A DNA stretch of 64,000 nucleotides from Alistipes sp. (GTDB lineage: Bacteria; Bacteroidota; Bacteroidia; Bacteroidales; Rikenellaceae): the NCBI GenBank assembly GCA_019422485.1, contig JAHZDG010000003.1, forward strand, positions 4,201-68,200, read 5' to 3'. This document shows positions 18,776-27,414 of this stretch, in pieces; within the stretch, counting starts at the first letter, position 1; each line of letters opens with the position of its first letter. The notes beneath the pieces were generated by a model, which worked only from the letters and a program-made list of their open reading frames with translations, was not told the DNA's origin and ran no database searches. Both the position numbers and the translations under genes were made by a program.

Positions 18776-19798
18776 GTGAAAATTGCCGACATAGAACTGG
18801 GTGATAAGCCGTTGTTTCTGGCTCCGATGGAGGATGTGACCGATCCTTCGTTCCGTTTCATGTGCAAACGTTACGGAGCTGATATGGTCTATACGGAGTT
18901 TATCTCCAGCGACGGACTGATCCGCGACGCCGCAAAAAGCCTGGCGAAACTAAAAATATATGATTATGAACGTCCGGTGGGCATTCAGCTCTACGGACAC
19001 GAGATCGAACCGATGGTCGAAGCGGCTCGGGTGGCCGAGGCGGCCGGACCCGATCTGATCGATATCAATTTCGGGTGCCCGGTGCGGAAGATTGCCACGC
19101 GCGGGGCCGGAAGCGGCATGATGCGCGATGTACCCAAAATGGTGGAGATGACCCGTCGGATTGTGGAGGCGGTGTCGCTGCCGGTGACGGTCAAGACGCG
19201 CTTGGGCTGGGACGAGGATTCCAAAAACATTGTCGAGATCGCCGAACGTTTGCAGGATGTGGGTATTGCGGCCCTGACCATTCACGGACGCACCCGGGCG
19301 CAGTTGTATCGGGGCGAGGCCGACTGGACCCTGATCGGCGAGGTGAAACGCAATCCGCGGATGCACATTCCGATCATCGGGAACGGGGATATCACTTCCG
19401 CTCAGGGGGCTGCGCAGGCGTTCGAACGTTACGGCGTCGATGGAGTGATGATCGGACGGGCTACTTATGGTCGTCCGTGGATTTTCCGGGAGATCCGCCA
19501 CTATCTGGATACCGGTGAATTGCTCCCGCAACCTACCGTGCGCGAACGGGTGGAGCTGGCTAAGTTGCATCTGGCCAAATCTTTGGAATTCAAGGGCGAG
19601 AAGGTGGGTGTGCTTGAAATGCGCCGTCATCTCTCCTGTTATTTTAAAGGACTGCCCGATTTCAAGGCGACGCGGCTGAAACTGGTGACGGCCAACGATC
19701 CGGCAGAGATTGTCGACACTTTGGAATATGTGGCGCAGCGATGGGGGGATTTCGATACGACGGAGATCATTCCCGCACCTCTGTCTCATGAGGTATAA
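18776..19798 (+). CDS. dusB: tRNA-dihydrouridine synthase
   Basis: Motifs KIADIELGDKPLFLAPMEDVTD, DINFGCP, TVKTRLGW and LTIHGRTR. The family N-terminus starts at GTG 18776, and there is no ATG between it and the argS start. Confidence 0.88.
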   Translation: MKIADIELGDKPLFLAPMEDVTDPSFRFMCKRYGADMVYTEFISSDGLIRDAAKSLAKLKIYDYERPVGIQLYGHEIEPMVEAARVAEAAGPDLIDINFGCPVRKIATRGAGSGMMRDVPKMVEMTRRIVEAVSLPVTVKTRLGWDEDSKNIVEIAERLQDVGIAALTIHGRTRAQLYRGEADWTLIGEVKRNPRMHIPIIGNGDITSAQGAAQAFERYGVDGVMIGRATYGRPWIFREIRHYLDTGELLPQPTVRERVELAKLHLAKSLEFKGEKVGVLEMRRHLSCYFKGLPDFKATRLKLVTANDPAEIVDTLEYVAQRWGDFDTTEIIPAPLSHEV

Positions 19799-20110
19799 TT
19801 TGTAGGACGGTTCGGTGCTGCCAGTCTTTCCAAAAGAGGGGTTTGGGTCGGAACGCCAGACTGTTCTTGTGGAAAGGTTCTATGGGTGAAGCTATTGGAG
19901 GATCAGCGGAAAGGAGAGCCCAGAGAAGGAAGGTGTCTGGTCGCCGATTGGAAAAGGATCGTTTGGAAAAAGTGGACTTGTGCAGTTCAGCAGATGTGTG
20001 CGGTTCCGGTTCGTGGATGTTTCTCTATTTTGAAAAGTCTGTTTAAAAAACCTGAGGGAAAATGACGAAACGACGCAGATGATTCGTTGTTTTTCCTGAA
20101 GAAATAATCG

Positions 20111-20118
20111 TACATTTG
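20111..20118 (+). promoter_or_regulatory. TAnnTTTG -7 box ahead of the ftsL-like gene (dcw promoter)
   Basis: TACATTTG lies 60 nt upstream of ATG 20178. Confidence 0.55.
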
Positions 20119-20177
20119 CTCTCGGAGGAGGTGTCGCTCCGACAAACGGCCCCGCATAGAAAAATCGCTTTGTAGAA

Positions 20178-20741
20178 ATGATTGACCCTCAGGATGAAAA
20201 AGAGATCATGACCGATTCTTCCGATTCGGACAATGTGCGTTCGCGTCGGTTGGCCGCTCCGAAGGTCGATCCGCGGGAAGCCTTGCCTCGGGAGGATGAA
20301 GAACGTTCCGCTGCGTCCGGCACGGAAAAACGCCGGGCACGTCAAGCGCAGACCTCCGCGGAAACGGACTCGGATACTGCGTCGGAGGAGAAAGCTGCGG
20401 CGAATCCGAAAGCGCGTCGTCCGTTCCGCTTGGAAGAGTATATCGGGCAGGTGCTCTCGGGGAATATCCTGACCCGGGCCGAAGTGCGTCGCCGTTATCC
20501 GTATATCTTTTTCATGGCGTTGCTCATGCTGCTGTATATCGCCAATGGTTATCACATCCAGAAACTCCATCGTCGTCACGATAAATTGACCGCTCAGCTG
20601 AAGGAACTGCGCTCCCGGGCGCTGACGCTGTCGTCCATCCGGATGACCGCCACGCGTCAGAGCGAGATTGTTAAAGAACTTCAAGAACGGGGCATCCCCC
20701 TGCATGAGTCGCTGGTTCCCCCTCAAGTAATCGACAAGTAA
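20178..20741 (+). CDS. ftsL: FtsL-like cell division protein (Bacteroidota FtsL_2 type) with a long charged N-terminal extension
   Basis: Sits immediately upstream of ftsI (3-nt gap). It has the family segment GQVLSGNILTRAEVRRRYPYIFFMALLMLLYIANGYH (TM helix), then a coiled-coil (KLTAQLKELRSRAL). About 85 disordered residues rich in D, E, R, S and A precede this. Confidence 0.7.
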   Translation: MIDPQDEKEIMTDSSDSDNVRSRRLAAPKVDPREALPREDEERSAASGTEKRRARQAQTSAETDSDTASEEKAAANPKARRPFRLEEYIGQVLSGNILTRAEVRRRYPYIFFMALLMLLYIANGYHIQKLHRRHDKLTAQLKELRSRALTLSSIRMTATRQSEIVKELQERGIPLHESLVPPQVIDK

Positions 20742-20744
20742 CCC

Positions 20745-22931
20745 ATGGCCGAACAAAAAAAGACCGATATTAAAAAGGCGATTCTGGTACGGGTGCGGGT
20801 GCTTTACGTGCTGTTTTTCTCGATCGGGGTCGCGATTGCCGGCAAGATACTCTACATTCAGTACGGGCCTAAGGGGGAAGACCTGCGTAGCCGGGGAACG
20901 AAAATTACCTATGAGCGGGTGCAGATCGATGCTGAACGAGGCGATATTCTCTCGTGGGACGGCCGGATTTTGGCTACTTCGGTTCCGACCTATGAAGTGC
21001 GGATGGACTTTGCCGCACAAGGCCTGGCCGATTCGACCTTTATGAAGAATGTCGATTCGTTGGCTTATTGTCTGAGTACTTTTTTCGGGGATCGCAGTGC
21101 GTCGGCCTATCGGGAAAAGTTGATGAGCGCCCATCGCAACAAGAAGAAAAATCGTTTTGTGCTGCTCTCTCCGCGGCGTGTCAATCATTTGGAGATCAAA
21201 GAAATCGCTAAATTTCCCATTTTCCGTTTAGGACAAAATCGAGGAGGATTCATTCCTGTGCAGATCAACCGGAGGTTGTTGCCTCACGGTTCGTTGGCAT
21301 CGCGAACGATCGGGATGGTTAATGAAGCGGGAACCAAACTGGGCATCGAGGGGGCTTATGACTCCATTCTGCGGGGGGTGAATGGCAATGTGATGATGCA
21401 GCGCATCTCGGGGAGTTTCCGGATTCCGGTGCCTGACGAGTTGAGCGTCGATCCGGTGGACGGTATCGATGTGGTGACGACCCTGGATGTCGATGTGCAG
21501 GATGTGGCCGAAACCGCTCTGCGCAAGCAGTTGATTGCCGGCGATGCCGACTGGGGGACGGCGGTGCTGATGGAGGTTTCGACCGGGGAGATCCGGGCCA
21601 TCGCCAACCTGACCCGTCGGGGCGAGGGAAAATATGTGGAAGACTTCAATTATGCCATCGGAAAAAACTTTGAACCGGGGTCGACGTTTAAACTGGCTTC
21701 GTTGATGACCCTGTTGGATGAAGGCGGGGCAAGCCTCGATGAGATGTTCGATACGCGTCCCGGAACCGTCATGGTCGGTCGGGCCAAGGTGGTCGATACG
21801 CACAATTACGGGGAACTGACCCTCAAGGGAGTGTTTGAAAAATCCTCTAATGTGGGCTTTGCCCTGGCAGTCAATAAATATTTTCGCGATAAACCCGAAC
21901 GTTTTGTGAACCATCTGCGCAAGATGGGGCTTGACAAACCGATGGATCTGCAGATCGCGGGGGAGGCACCGTCGGTGATTCGCGGGCCCGAAGATCGTTG
22001 GTGGGACGGAACCACGCTGACGATGATGGCTTATGGGTATGCTTTGCGGTTGTCGCCGCTCAAAACCCTGAGTTTCTATAATGCGGTGGCCAACAACGGG
22101 AAAATGGTTAAACCGAAATTCGTCCGTGAGCTGCGTCAGTATGGACAGACCTTGCGGAGTTACCCGACGGAGGTGATGGTCTCCTCGATCGGGTCGGATG
22201 AGGTGATTCGCCAGGTGCAGGAGGCCATGCGTGGCGTGGTGGATGAGGGGACGGCCCGTTATATTTTGAAGAATCCTTATTATAAGGTGGCGGCCAAGAC
22301 CGGTACGGCGCAGATCTCGTTGGCCGAAATTTATAAAGGTGGACGGGGTTATAAGGATCGTTTCGGAGGGCGTCACTATCTGGCAACGCTGGTGGGCTAT
22401 TTCCCGGCCGATAAACCGCGATACAGTTGCATCGTGGCGATCAAAACCTATCATGGGCCGGGACGTCGGGGGACCTATTATGGGGCCTCGTTGGCGGGGC
22501 CGGTTTTTCGGGCGATTGCCGACCGGGTGTATGCACAGAGCATTTCGTGGCAATCCCCGCTGTCTGAACGGCGCGATAAGGTGACCGAACAGCCCCCGCT
22601 GAAATCGGGACGGGTAGAGGAGATGAGGCAGGTGGCGAGCCGTTTTCATGTCTCAGCACTGGAGTTCCCTCGCGGGGCGACCTGGATGAATTTCGAGACA
22701 CGGGACACATTGCCGCCCGAAGCCGTGACCATTACCCCGCTGGAAGGAACGGTTCCCGATGTGGTGGGGATGGGTCTCAAGGATGCGATCTATCTGTTGG
22801 AAAAATCCGGACTGGTGGTTTCGTTCAGTGGAGTGGGTGTCGTGCAAAGCCAGTCGTTCAAACCGGGTACCCGTGTCAATCGGGGCAGTTTGATCTCCCT
22901 GCGTTTGGGAATGCCCGACCATAAGGATTAA
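20745..22931 (+). CDS. ftsI: penicillin-binding protein, class B transpeptidase (PBP3/FtsI) with a C-terminal PASTA domain
   Basis: N-terminal TM helix, SxxK (GSTFKLAS), SxN (KSSNVG), KTG (AKTGTAQ), and a PASTA-like tail (VPDVVGMGLKDAIYLLEKSGLVV...). Confidence 0.9.
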   Translation: MAEQKKTDIKKAILVRVRVLYVLFFSIGVAIAGKILYIQYGPKGEDLRSRGTKITYERVQIDAERGDILSWDGRILATSVPTYEVRMDFAAQGLADSTFMKNVDSLAYCLSTFFGDRSASAYREKLMSAHRNKKKNRFVLLSPRRVNHLEIKEIAKFPIFRLGQNRGGFIPVQINRRLLPHGSLASRTIGMVNEAGTKLGIEGAYDSILRGVNGNVMMQRISGSFRIPVPDELSVDPVDGIDVVTTLDVDVQDVAETALRKQLIAGDADWGTAVLMEVSTGEIRAIANLTRRGEGKYVEDFNYAIGKNFEPGSTFKLASLMTLLDEGGASLDEMFDTRPGTVMVGRAKVVDTHNYGELTLKGVFEKSSNVGFALAVNKYFRDKPERFVNHLRKMGLDKPMDLQIAGEAPSVIRGPEDRWWDGTTLTMMAYGYALRLSPLKTLSFYNAVANNGKMVKPKFVRELRQYGQTLRSYPTEVMVSSIGSDEVIRQVQEAMRGVVDEGTARYILKNPYYKVAAKTGTAQISLAEIYKGGRGYKDRFGGRHYLATLVGYFPADKPRYSCIVAIKTYHGPGRRGTYYGASLAGPVFRAIADRVYAQSISWQSPLSERRDKVTEQPPLKSGRVEEMRQVASRFHVSALEFPRGATWMNFETRDTLPPEAVTITPLEGTVPDVVGMGLKDAIYLLEKSGLVVSFSGVGVVQSQSFKPGTRVNRGSLISLRLGMPDHKD

Positions 22932-23142
22932 CCATCATCCTGCGTGCTGCGGCATGAGTGCCCCGGAGAATCTGTTGTCGGGATGGATGCGGCCGGTCAG
23001 AAAGGAGAAAAACGGTATGATGCGGAACGGAAGGTGGCGGATGGAGAACCGAGGACAGAGGCAAAAACCTTCAAAAACCGAATAGCCGGATGAGAAAACC
23101 TCTATTTTAGGGTGGTGGCTGAGGTGGTCTTAAAATAAATGG

Positions 23143-23150
23143 TATATTTG
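23143..23150 (+). promoter_or_regulatory. TAnnTTTG -7 box ahead of ORF 23194
   Basis: TATATTTG lies 44 nt upstream of GTG 23194. Confidence 0.5.
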
Positions 23151-23193
23151 TACAATATGTGCCAAGGCGCATAAACAAGACCCGGAAGAGAAC

Positions 23194-23604
23194 GTGCGAC
23201 ATCGTTGGAAATATATCATAGGCCTGTTGCTGGTCGTATGGGGTGTGCTGCATACCGCGCTCGATTCCTCGGAGCTTTGGGCTTCGGAGCAGGAATCGGG
23301 GATAGCTATGGAATCTTCTGTCGGTCTTCTCTCCCCGCAGAATGAAGATTTGGGCCGGCTCATCATGCAGAGTCTGAGCAGCGATCGACTGCCCAGTACC
23401 TATGCCCAACAGACGGGACGCGTGTTGTTGCCCGTCCTTAGATGGAATCCGCATCTCCGGTGGACGTACGGGGAGACCGCCCGAAGGGTGGAGTTGATCT
23501 GTTGGCGGAAAAATCACGTACAACGAAAATCGGAAGCCCGTATCCGGGCTGCGCAGGACGAGTCGGGATATTATGTCTTCGCTCTGCGCAAAATCATCAT
23601 TTAG
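23194..23604 (+). CDS. hypothetical bitopic membrane protein (136 aa)
   Basis: GTG start, one N-terminal TM helix (YIIGLLLVVWGVLHTAL), a soluble domain of about 110 aa, and a C-terminus ...DESGYYVFALRKIII. Codon periodicity looks genuine. I recognise no family. Confidence 0.5.
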   Translation: MRHRWKYIIGLLLVVWGVLHTALDSSELWASEQESGIAMESSVGLLSPQNEDLGRLIMQSLSSDRLPSTYAQQTGRVLLPVLRWNPHLRWTYGETARRVELICWRKNHVQRKSEARIRAAQDESGYYVFALRKIII

Positions 23605-23730
23605 CGGTCAGTTGAACGAATGTGTTCCCCGGTTCTTTGACAGGAGCCGGGGCGAATGGCGTTTCCCCGAGGGGGAAGAGGCCTGCTTTGTGTCAACTTT
23701 TTTCTAACCAAATGATGATTTATAGCTATT

Positions 23731-24258
23731 ATGGAAACCTTTGAAAATATCAATGATGTACTCTATCAAGTAAATACGGACATTGTTCGTCGCAAGAAAA
23801 ATCCGGTTCTGCCGATTCTGGTCGGGGTGTGCGGGGTGGCTCTGACGATCTGGAGCCTGAATGCAACAGCTCTGGAGGACAAGGCGAATCTTTCGGCGGC
23901 GTTGTTGTTTCTGGGAATTGTGCTGATTCTGGTCGGCGTGGTGGCTACCATTCGTGCCTTCACCTCGTCATGTCCGTACTATCGTCCCACGGGCGAACGT
24001 CTCTATCGCAGCGAACGCTTTTTTGATCAGAAGGATAAACGGGCTCTGTGTCAGGCCCTGGAAGCCGGAGAGGTCGAAACGGTAGCCGCTTTGCCGCGCA
24101 GCGAAACTTCGGGGGTGGTGCTGACGATTTTTTCGACGCGGAGCGGGTCTTGCACCTTGGTTCAGGTCGCGGAATATGTTCCCCATCGTTTTGTGCCGAT
24201 CACCTCGGTGGTGTCGTTCACCCAGGAACAGGCCAAGATCGTGCGTGCCTTGGTGTAG
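23731..24258 (+). CDS. hypothetical two-TM membrane protein (175 aa)
   Basis: ATG start, two TM helices (VLPILVGVCGVALTIWSL and AALLFLGIVLILVGVVATI), and a soluble C-terminal domain of about 95 aa. A 9-bp hairpin (24289-24309) follows. I recognise no family. Confidence 0.55.
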   Translation: METFENINDVLYQVNTDIVRRKKNPVLPILVGVCGVALTIWSLNATALEDKANLSAALLFLGIVLILVGVVATIRAFTSSCPYYRPTGERLYRSERFFDQKDKRALCQALEAGEVETVAALPRSETSGVVLTIFSTRSGSCTLVQVAEYVPHRFVPITSVVSFTQEQAKIVRALV

Positions 24259-24427
24259 CATCCTGACAAAGCGACGACTGAAGTTATGCACCTTGGGAAC
24301 CCCAAGGTGTATAATGCATCAGACTATGTAAAATACTAGGGAGTCGGCAGAGGTTGGTGATTGTCCTGAATGTCGTTTCGGAATGAATGACAGGAGGAAA
24401 AGACTACTTACCGATGTTCCTCAAAGA

Positions 24428-24466
24428 AAGAGAGAAAGGAAGTATATGTCCTTTCTCTCTTTTTTA
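24428..24466 (+). terminator. intrinsic terminator inside the ftsI-murE insertion
   Basis: aagagagaaagga / tcctttctctctt form a 13-bp stem with an 8-nt loop, followed by a T-run. Confidence 0.8.
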
Positions 24467-24536
24467 TTGTTCGATTGGATGAACGGAAAATTGAACATAA
24501 AAAAAGAAAAATAAGACATTTCTATAAAAGAAATAT

Positions 24537-24544
24537 TATCTTTG
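24537..24544 (+). promoter_or_regulatory. TAnnTTTG -7 box ahead of the PHP-domain gene
   Basis: TATCTTTG lies 38 nt upstream of ATG 24583. Confidence 0.55.
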
Positions 24545-24582
24545 CCCGAGTTGGAATATCAGGATTCCGGGAAGGAGCGAAC

Positions 24583-25806
24583 ATGAAATGGATCAGACGA
24601 ATATTGGGGTATGTGTGTGGACTGGTATTATTGGTCCTGTTGTTGAATGTCGTTAGTTATGTGGGGGTTCCGGTGTATCGGTTTGCTCCGGGCAGCTCTT
24701 TCTCCGGCGACAGTATTTATGATCCGTATCAGGATGTTGATCCTTCCCAATGGCGAAAAGCTAACTTCCATGCCCATCAACGTGAACGTAAATATGAAAC
24801 CTATACCCCGGATCAGTTTTTTGCCGCCTATCGTCAGCATGGGTATGATATTATCGGACTCTCCGATCATTGTTATCTGAATTACGCCCACCAGGAACGG
24901 CCCGGCTTCATCCCGACTTATGAGTTCGGTTGGGGGATCAATAAGGCGCATTTTCTGATGATGGGGGCTTCGTACACTACGTTGCGGGATTTCCCCTTTA
25001 CGCTGATCCCTTCACAGTTGCAGCATACGCTTCGGCGGTTGCATTCCCAGGCTCGCTTGGTGGTGCTCAATCATCCCGGGCAACTGCGGGGCATCGATCA
25101 TCGGGTGTATGAACGTCTTCGGGGCTATGACCTCTTGGAAATCAATCCCGATAACGGGGCGGAAAATTCGATCCCGTGCTGGGACCGGGCGCTTTCGTCG
25201 GGGATTTACGCCAATCTGATTGCCAATGACGATGCACATACCGTGTCGTTTCGAGGTAGCTTTTTCCAACGCTGCTATACCATGATCAATACCCCGGTGT
25301 TGGATGAGTATCATATTCTGTCTTCGCTGAAAAAGGGACAGAGCTATGCCGTTCGCGTGACGCCGGAACTCAATCAGCGGCCTCGTCCGCATGAAGGATT
25401 GCCGACGATTCAGGAAATCGGTTTGCGGGAAAATGGAACGGTGCATGTAGCCCTGAGCGAGCCGGCCCGTGAAATCCATTTCGTGGGACAGAACGGGGAA
25501 ATTCGTTCGGAATGTCATGATGTGGCCGAAGCATCCTATCAGTTTACCCCGACCGATACTTATATTCGGGTGGAAGCCGTGTTCCCTTCCGGGGCGGAAA
25601 TTTATACCAATCCTTTTGTGAGAACTTCCGGTGTGCAACCGGTGAATGTTTTTGTGCCCGATATTCATTGGCCGTTTACGATTCTGCTCAATCTGCTGTG
25701 GATTCAGGTTTTCTTTATGCTCTGTTTCTGCATCGCGGCATTGTGGCGGGTATTGCCTCGCCATTGGCGTCCGGATTGGGTCCCGGTATCGTTGTGGGGT
25801 CGCTAA
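24583..25806 (+). CDS. membrane-anchored PHP-family metal-dependent phosphoesterase
   Basis: N-terminal TM helix (ILGYVCGLVLLVLLLNVV), PHP-type His/Asp motifs (ANFHAHQ, GLSDHCY, VLNHPG, ANDDAHT), and a C-terminal TM helix (FTILLNLLWIQVFFMLCFCIAALW). ATG 24583 is chosen over the track start at 24475. Confidence 0.65.
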   Translation: MKWIRRILGYVCGLVLLVLLLNVVSYVGVPVYRFAPGSSFSGDSIYDPYQDVDPSQWRKANFHAHQRERKYETYTPDQFFAAYRQHGYDIIGLSDHCYLNYAHQERPGFIPTYEFGWGINKAHFLMMGASYTTLRDFPFTLIPSQLQHTLRRLHSQARLVVLNHPGQLRGIDHRVYERLRGYDLLEINPDNGAENSIPCWDRALSSGIYANLIANDDAHTVSFRGSFFQRCYTMINTPVLDEYHILSSLKKGQSYAVRVTPELNQRPRPHEGLPTIQEIGLRENGTVHVALSEPAREIHFVGQNGEIRSECHDVAEASYQFTPTDTYIRVEAVFPSGAEIYTNPFVRTSGVQPVNVFVPDIHWPFTILLNLLWIQVFFMLCFCIAALWRVLPRHWRPDWVPVSLWGR

Positions 25807-25827
25807 TCGGCCCGAAGCGCAAGATTT

Positions 25828-25869
25828 AAAGCCCCCGGAGAGAGACTGGAATTCTCTTCGGGGGCTTTT
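25828..25869 (+). terminator. intrinsic terminator after the PHP-domain gene
   Basis: aaagcccccg / cgggggcttt form a 10-bp stem, followed by tttc. Confidence 0.75.
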
Positions 25870-25916
25870 CCTGTAAATAAATAATCTTTCCGTGGGGAAT
25901 GTTCCTTGACAATCTG

Positions 25917-25924
25917 TATATTTG
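25917..25924 (+). promoter_or_regulatory. TAnnTTTG -7 box ahead of murE
   Basis: TATATTTG lies 23 nt upstream of ATG 25948. Confidence 0.6.
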
Positions 25925-25947
25925 TAAAATAGAAATACTCTATTCCG

Positions 25948-27402
25948 ATGTTATCGAAACTTTTGCAGGGCGTGGAAGTGCTTGACCTGGTGGGGGATGC
26001 TTCCGTGCAGATAAGTGCCTTGGCGTTCGATTCCCGTCAGGTGGGACCCGGAACGCTTTTTTTTGCCACCCGGGGGACCCGGGTCGACGGACACGATTAT
26101 ATCGAAGCGGCCGTGGCCGGTGGAGCTGCGGCTGTGGTGTGTGAGACCTTGCCGGAACAACGGGCTTCGGGCGTGACCTATGTCCGGGTGCCCGATTCGA
26201 CCGTGGCGTTGGGGCTGATGGCCTCGAACTTCTATGACCGCCCGAGCGAAAAACTCAAGCTGGTCGGCGTGACCGGTACCAACGGAAAAACAACCACCGC
26301 GACCTTGTTGTACGACCTGTTTCGTAAATTGGGGTATAAGGTCGGCCTGATCTCGACGGTGGTCTATCGCATCGACGACCGCCGCATCGATTCGACCCAT
26401 ACGACACCCGACAGCATTCGTCTGAATGAAATGTTGGCGGAGATGGTGGAAGCCGGTTGTGCCTATTGTTTCATGGAGGTCAGCTCGCATTCGTTGGTAC
26501 AGCATCGGACGGTGGGTCTGACGTTTGCCGGGGGAATGTTCAGCAACATCACCCACGACCATCTCGACTATCATAAAACGTTTGCCGAATACATCAAGGC
26601 CAAAAAACTATTTTTTGACGGACTGCCGCGCGGGGCTTTTGCCCTGACCAATGTCGACGACCGGAACGGGATGGTGATGGTCCAGAATACGAAGGCCGAG
26701 GTGAAAACCTACTCCCTGAAGTCGTTTGCGGATTTCCGCTGCCGGATCGTGGAGATGCTCATCGATGGAATGTTGTTGAATCTCAACGACCGCGAGGTGT
26801 GGGTGAATTTCCTGGGGCGCTTCAATGCCTATAATCTGACCGGTGTCTACGGGGCTGCTCTGTTGTTAGGGGCCGATCGGGATGAGGTGCTGCGGATTCT
26901 GAGCGAACTGCATCCGGTGGATGGCCGTTTCGAGGCGATCCGTTCGAAAGAGGGGGTGACCGCTATCGTGGACTATGCCCATACGCCCGATGCCTTGCAG
27001 AATGTGATCGATACCATCAACGAGATCCGGACGCCCGACCATCATCTGTATGTGGTAGTGGGGTGTGGTGGAAACCGTGACGCCACGAAGCGTCCCGAAA
27101 TGGCTCACATTGCCGCTTCGGGAGGTGATATGGCGATTCTGACGTCGGATAACCCCCGCCTGGAGGATCCCGAGGCGATCATTGAACAGATGAAGGCCGG
27201 GCTCGAACCGGGGGACCGTTATCTGGCGATCACCAATCGCCGGGAGGCTATTCGGACGGCGGTGACGCTGGCCCGTCCGGGGGATATTATTCTGGTGGCC
27301 GGTAAAGGACATGAAACCTATCAGGACGCCGGGGGAGTGAAGAGTCATTTCGATGACCGGGAAGAGGTGAGACAGGCGATGCACATAGTACCCACTGTTT
27401 AA
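25948..27402 (+). CDS. murE: UDP-N-acetylmuramoyl-L-alanyl-D-glutamate--2,6-diaminopimelate ligase
   Basis: P-loop GVTGTNGKTTTA, plus HSLVQHR and the DAP-specific DNPR motif (LTSDNPRLEDP). Confidence 0.92.
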   Translation: MLSKLLQGVEVLDLVGDASVQISALAFDSRQVGPGTLFFATRGTRVDGHDYIEAAVAGGAAAVVCETLPEQRASGVTYVRVPDSTVALGLMASNFYDRPSEKLKLVGVTGTNGKTTTATLLYDLFRKLGYKVGLISTVVYRIDDRRIDSTHTTPDSIRLNEMLAEMVEAGCAYCFMEVSSHSLVQHRTVGLTFAGGMFSNITHDHLDYHKTFAEYIKAKKLFFDGLPRGAFALTNVDDRNGMVMVQNTKAEVKTYSLKSFADFRCRIVEMLIDGMLLNLNDREVWVNFLGRFNAYNLTGVYGAALLLGADRDEVLRILSELHPVDGRFEAIRSKEGVTAIVDYAHTPDALQNVIDTINEIRTPDHHLYVVVGCGGNRDATKRPEMAHIAASGGDMAILTSDNPRLEDPEAIIEQMKAGLEPGDRYLAITNRREAIRTAVTLARPGDIILVAGKGHETYQDAGGVKSHFDDREEVRQAMHIVPTV

Positions 27403-27414
27403 ACCTTTCAATCT

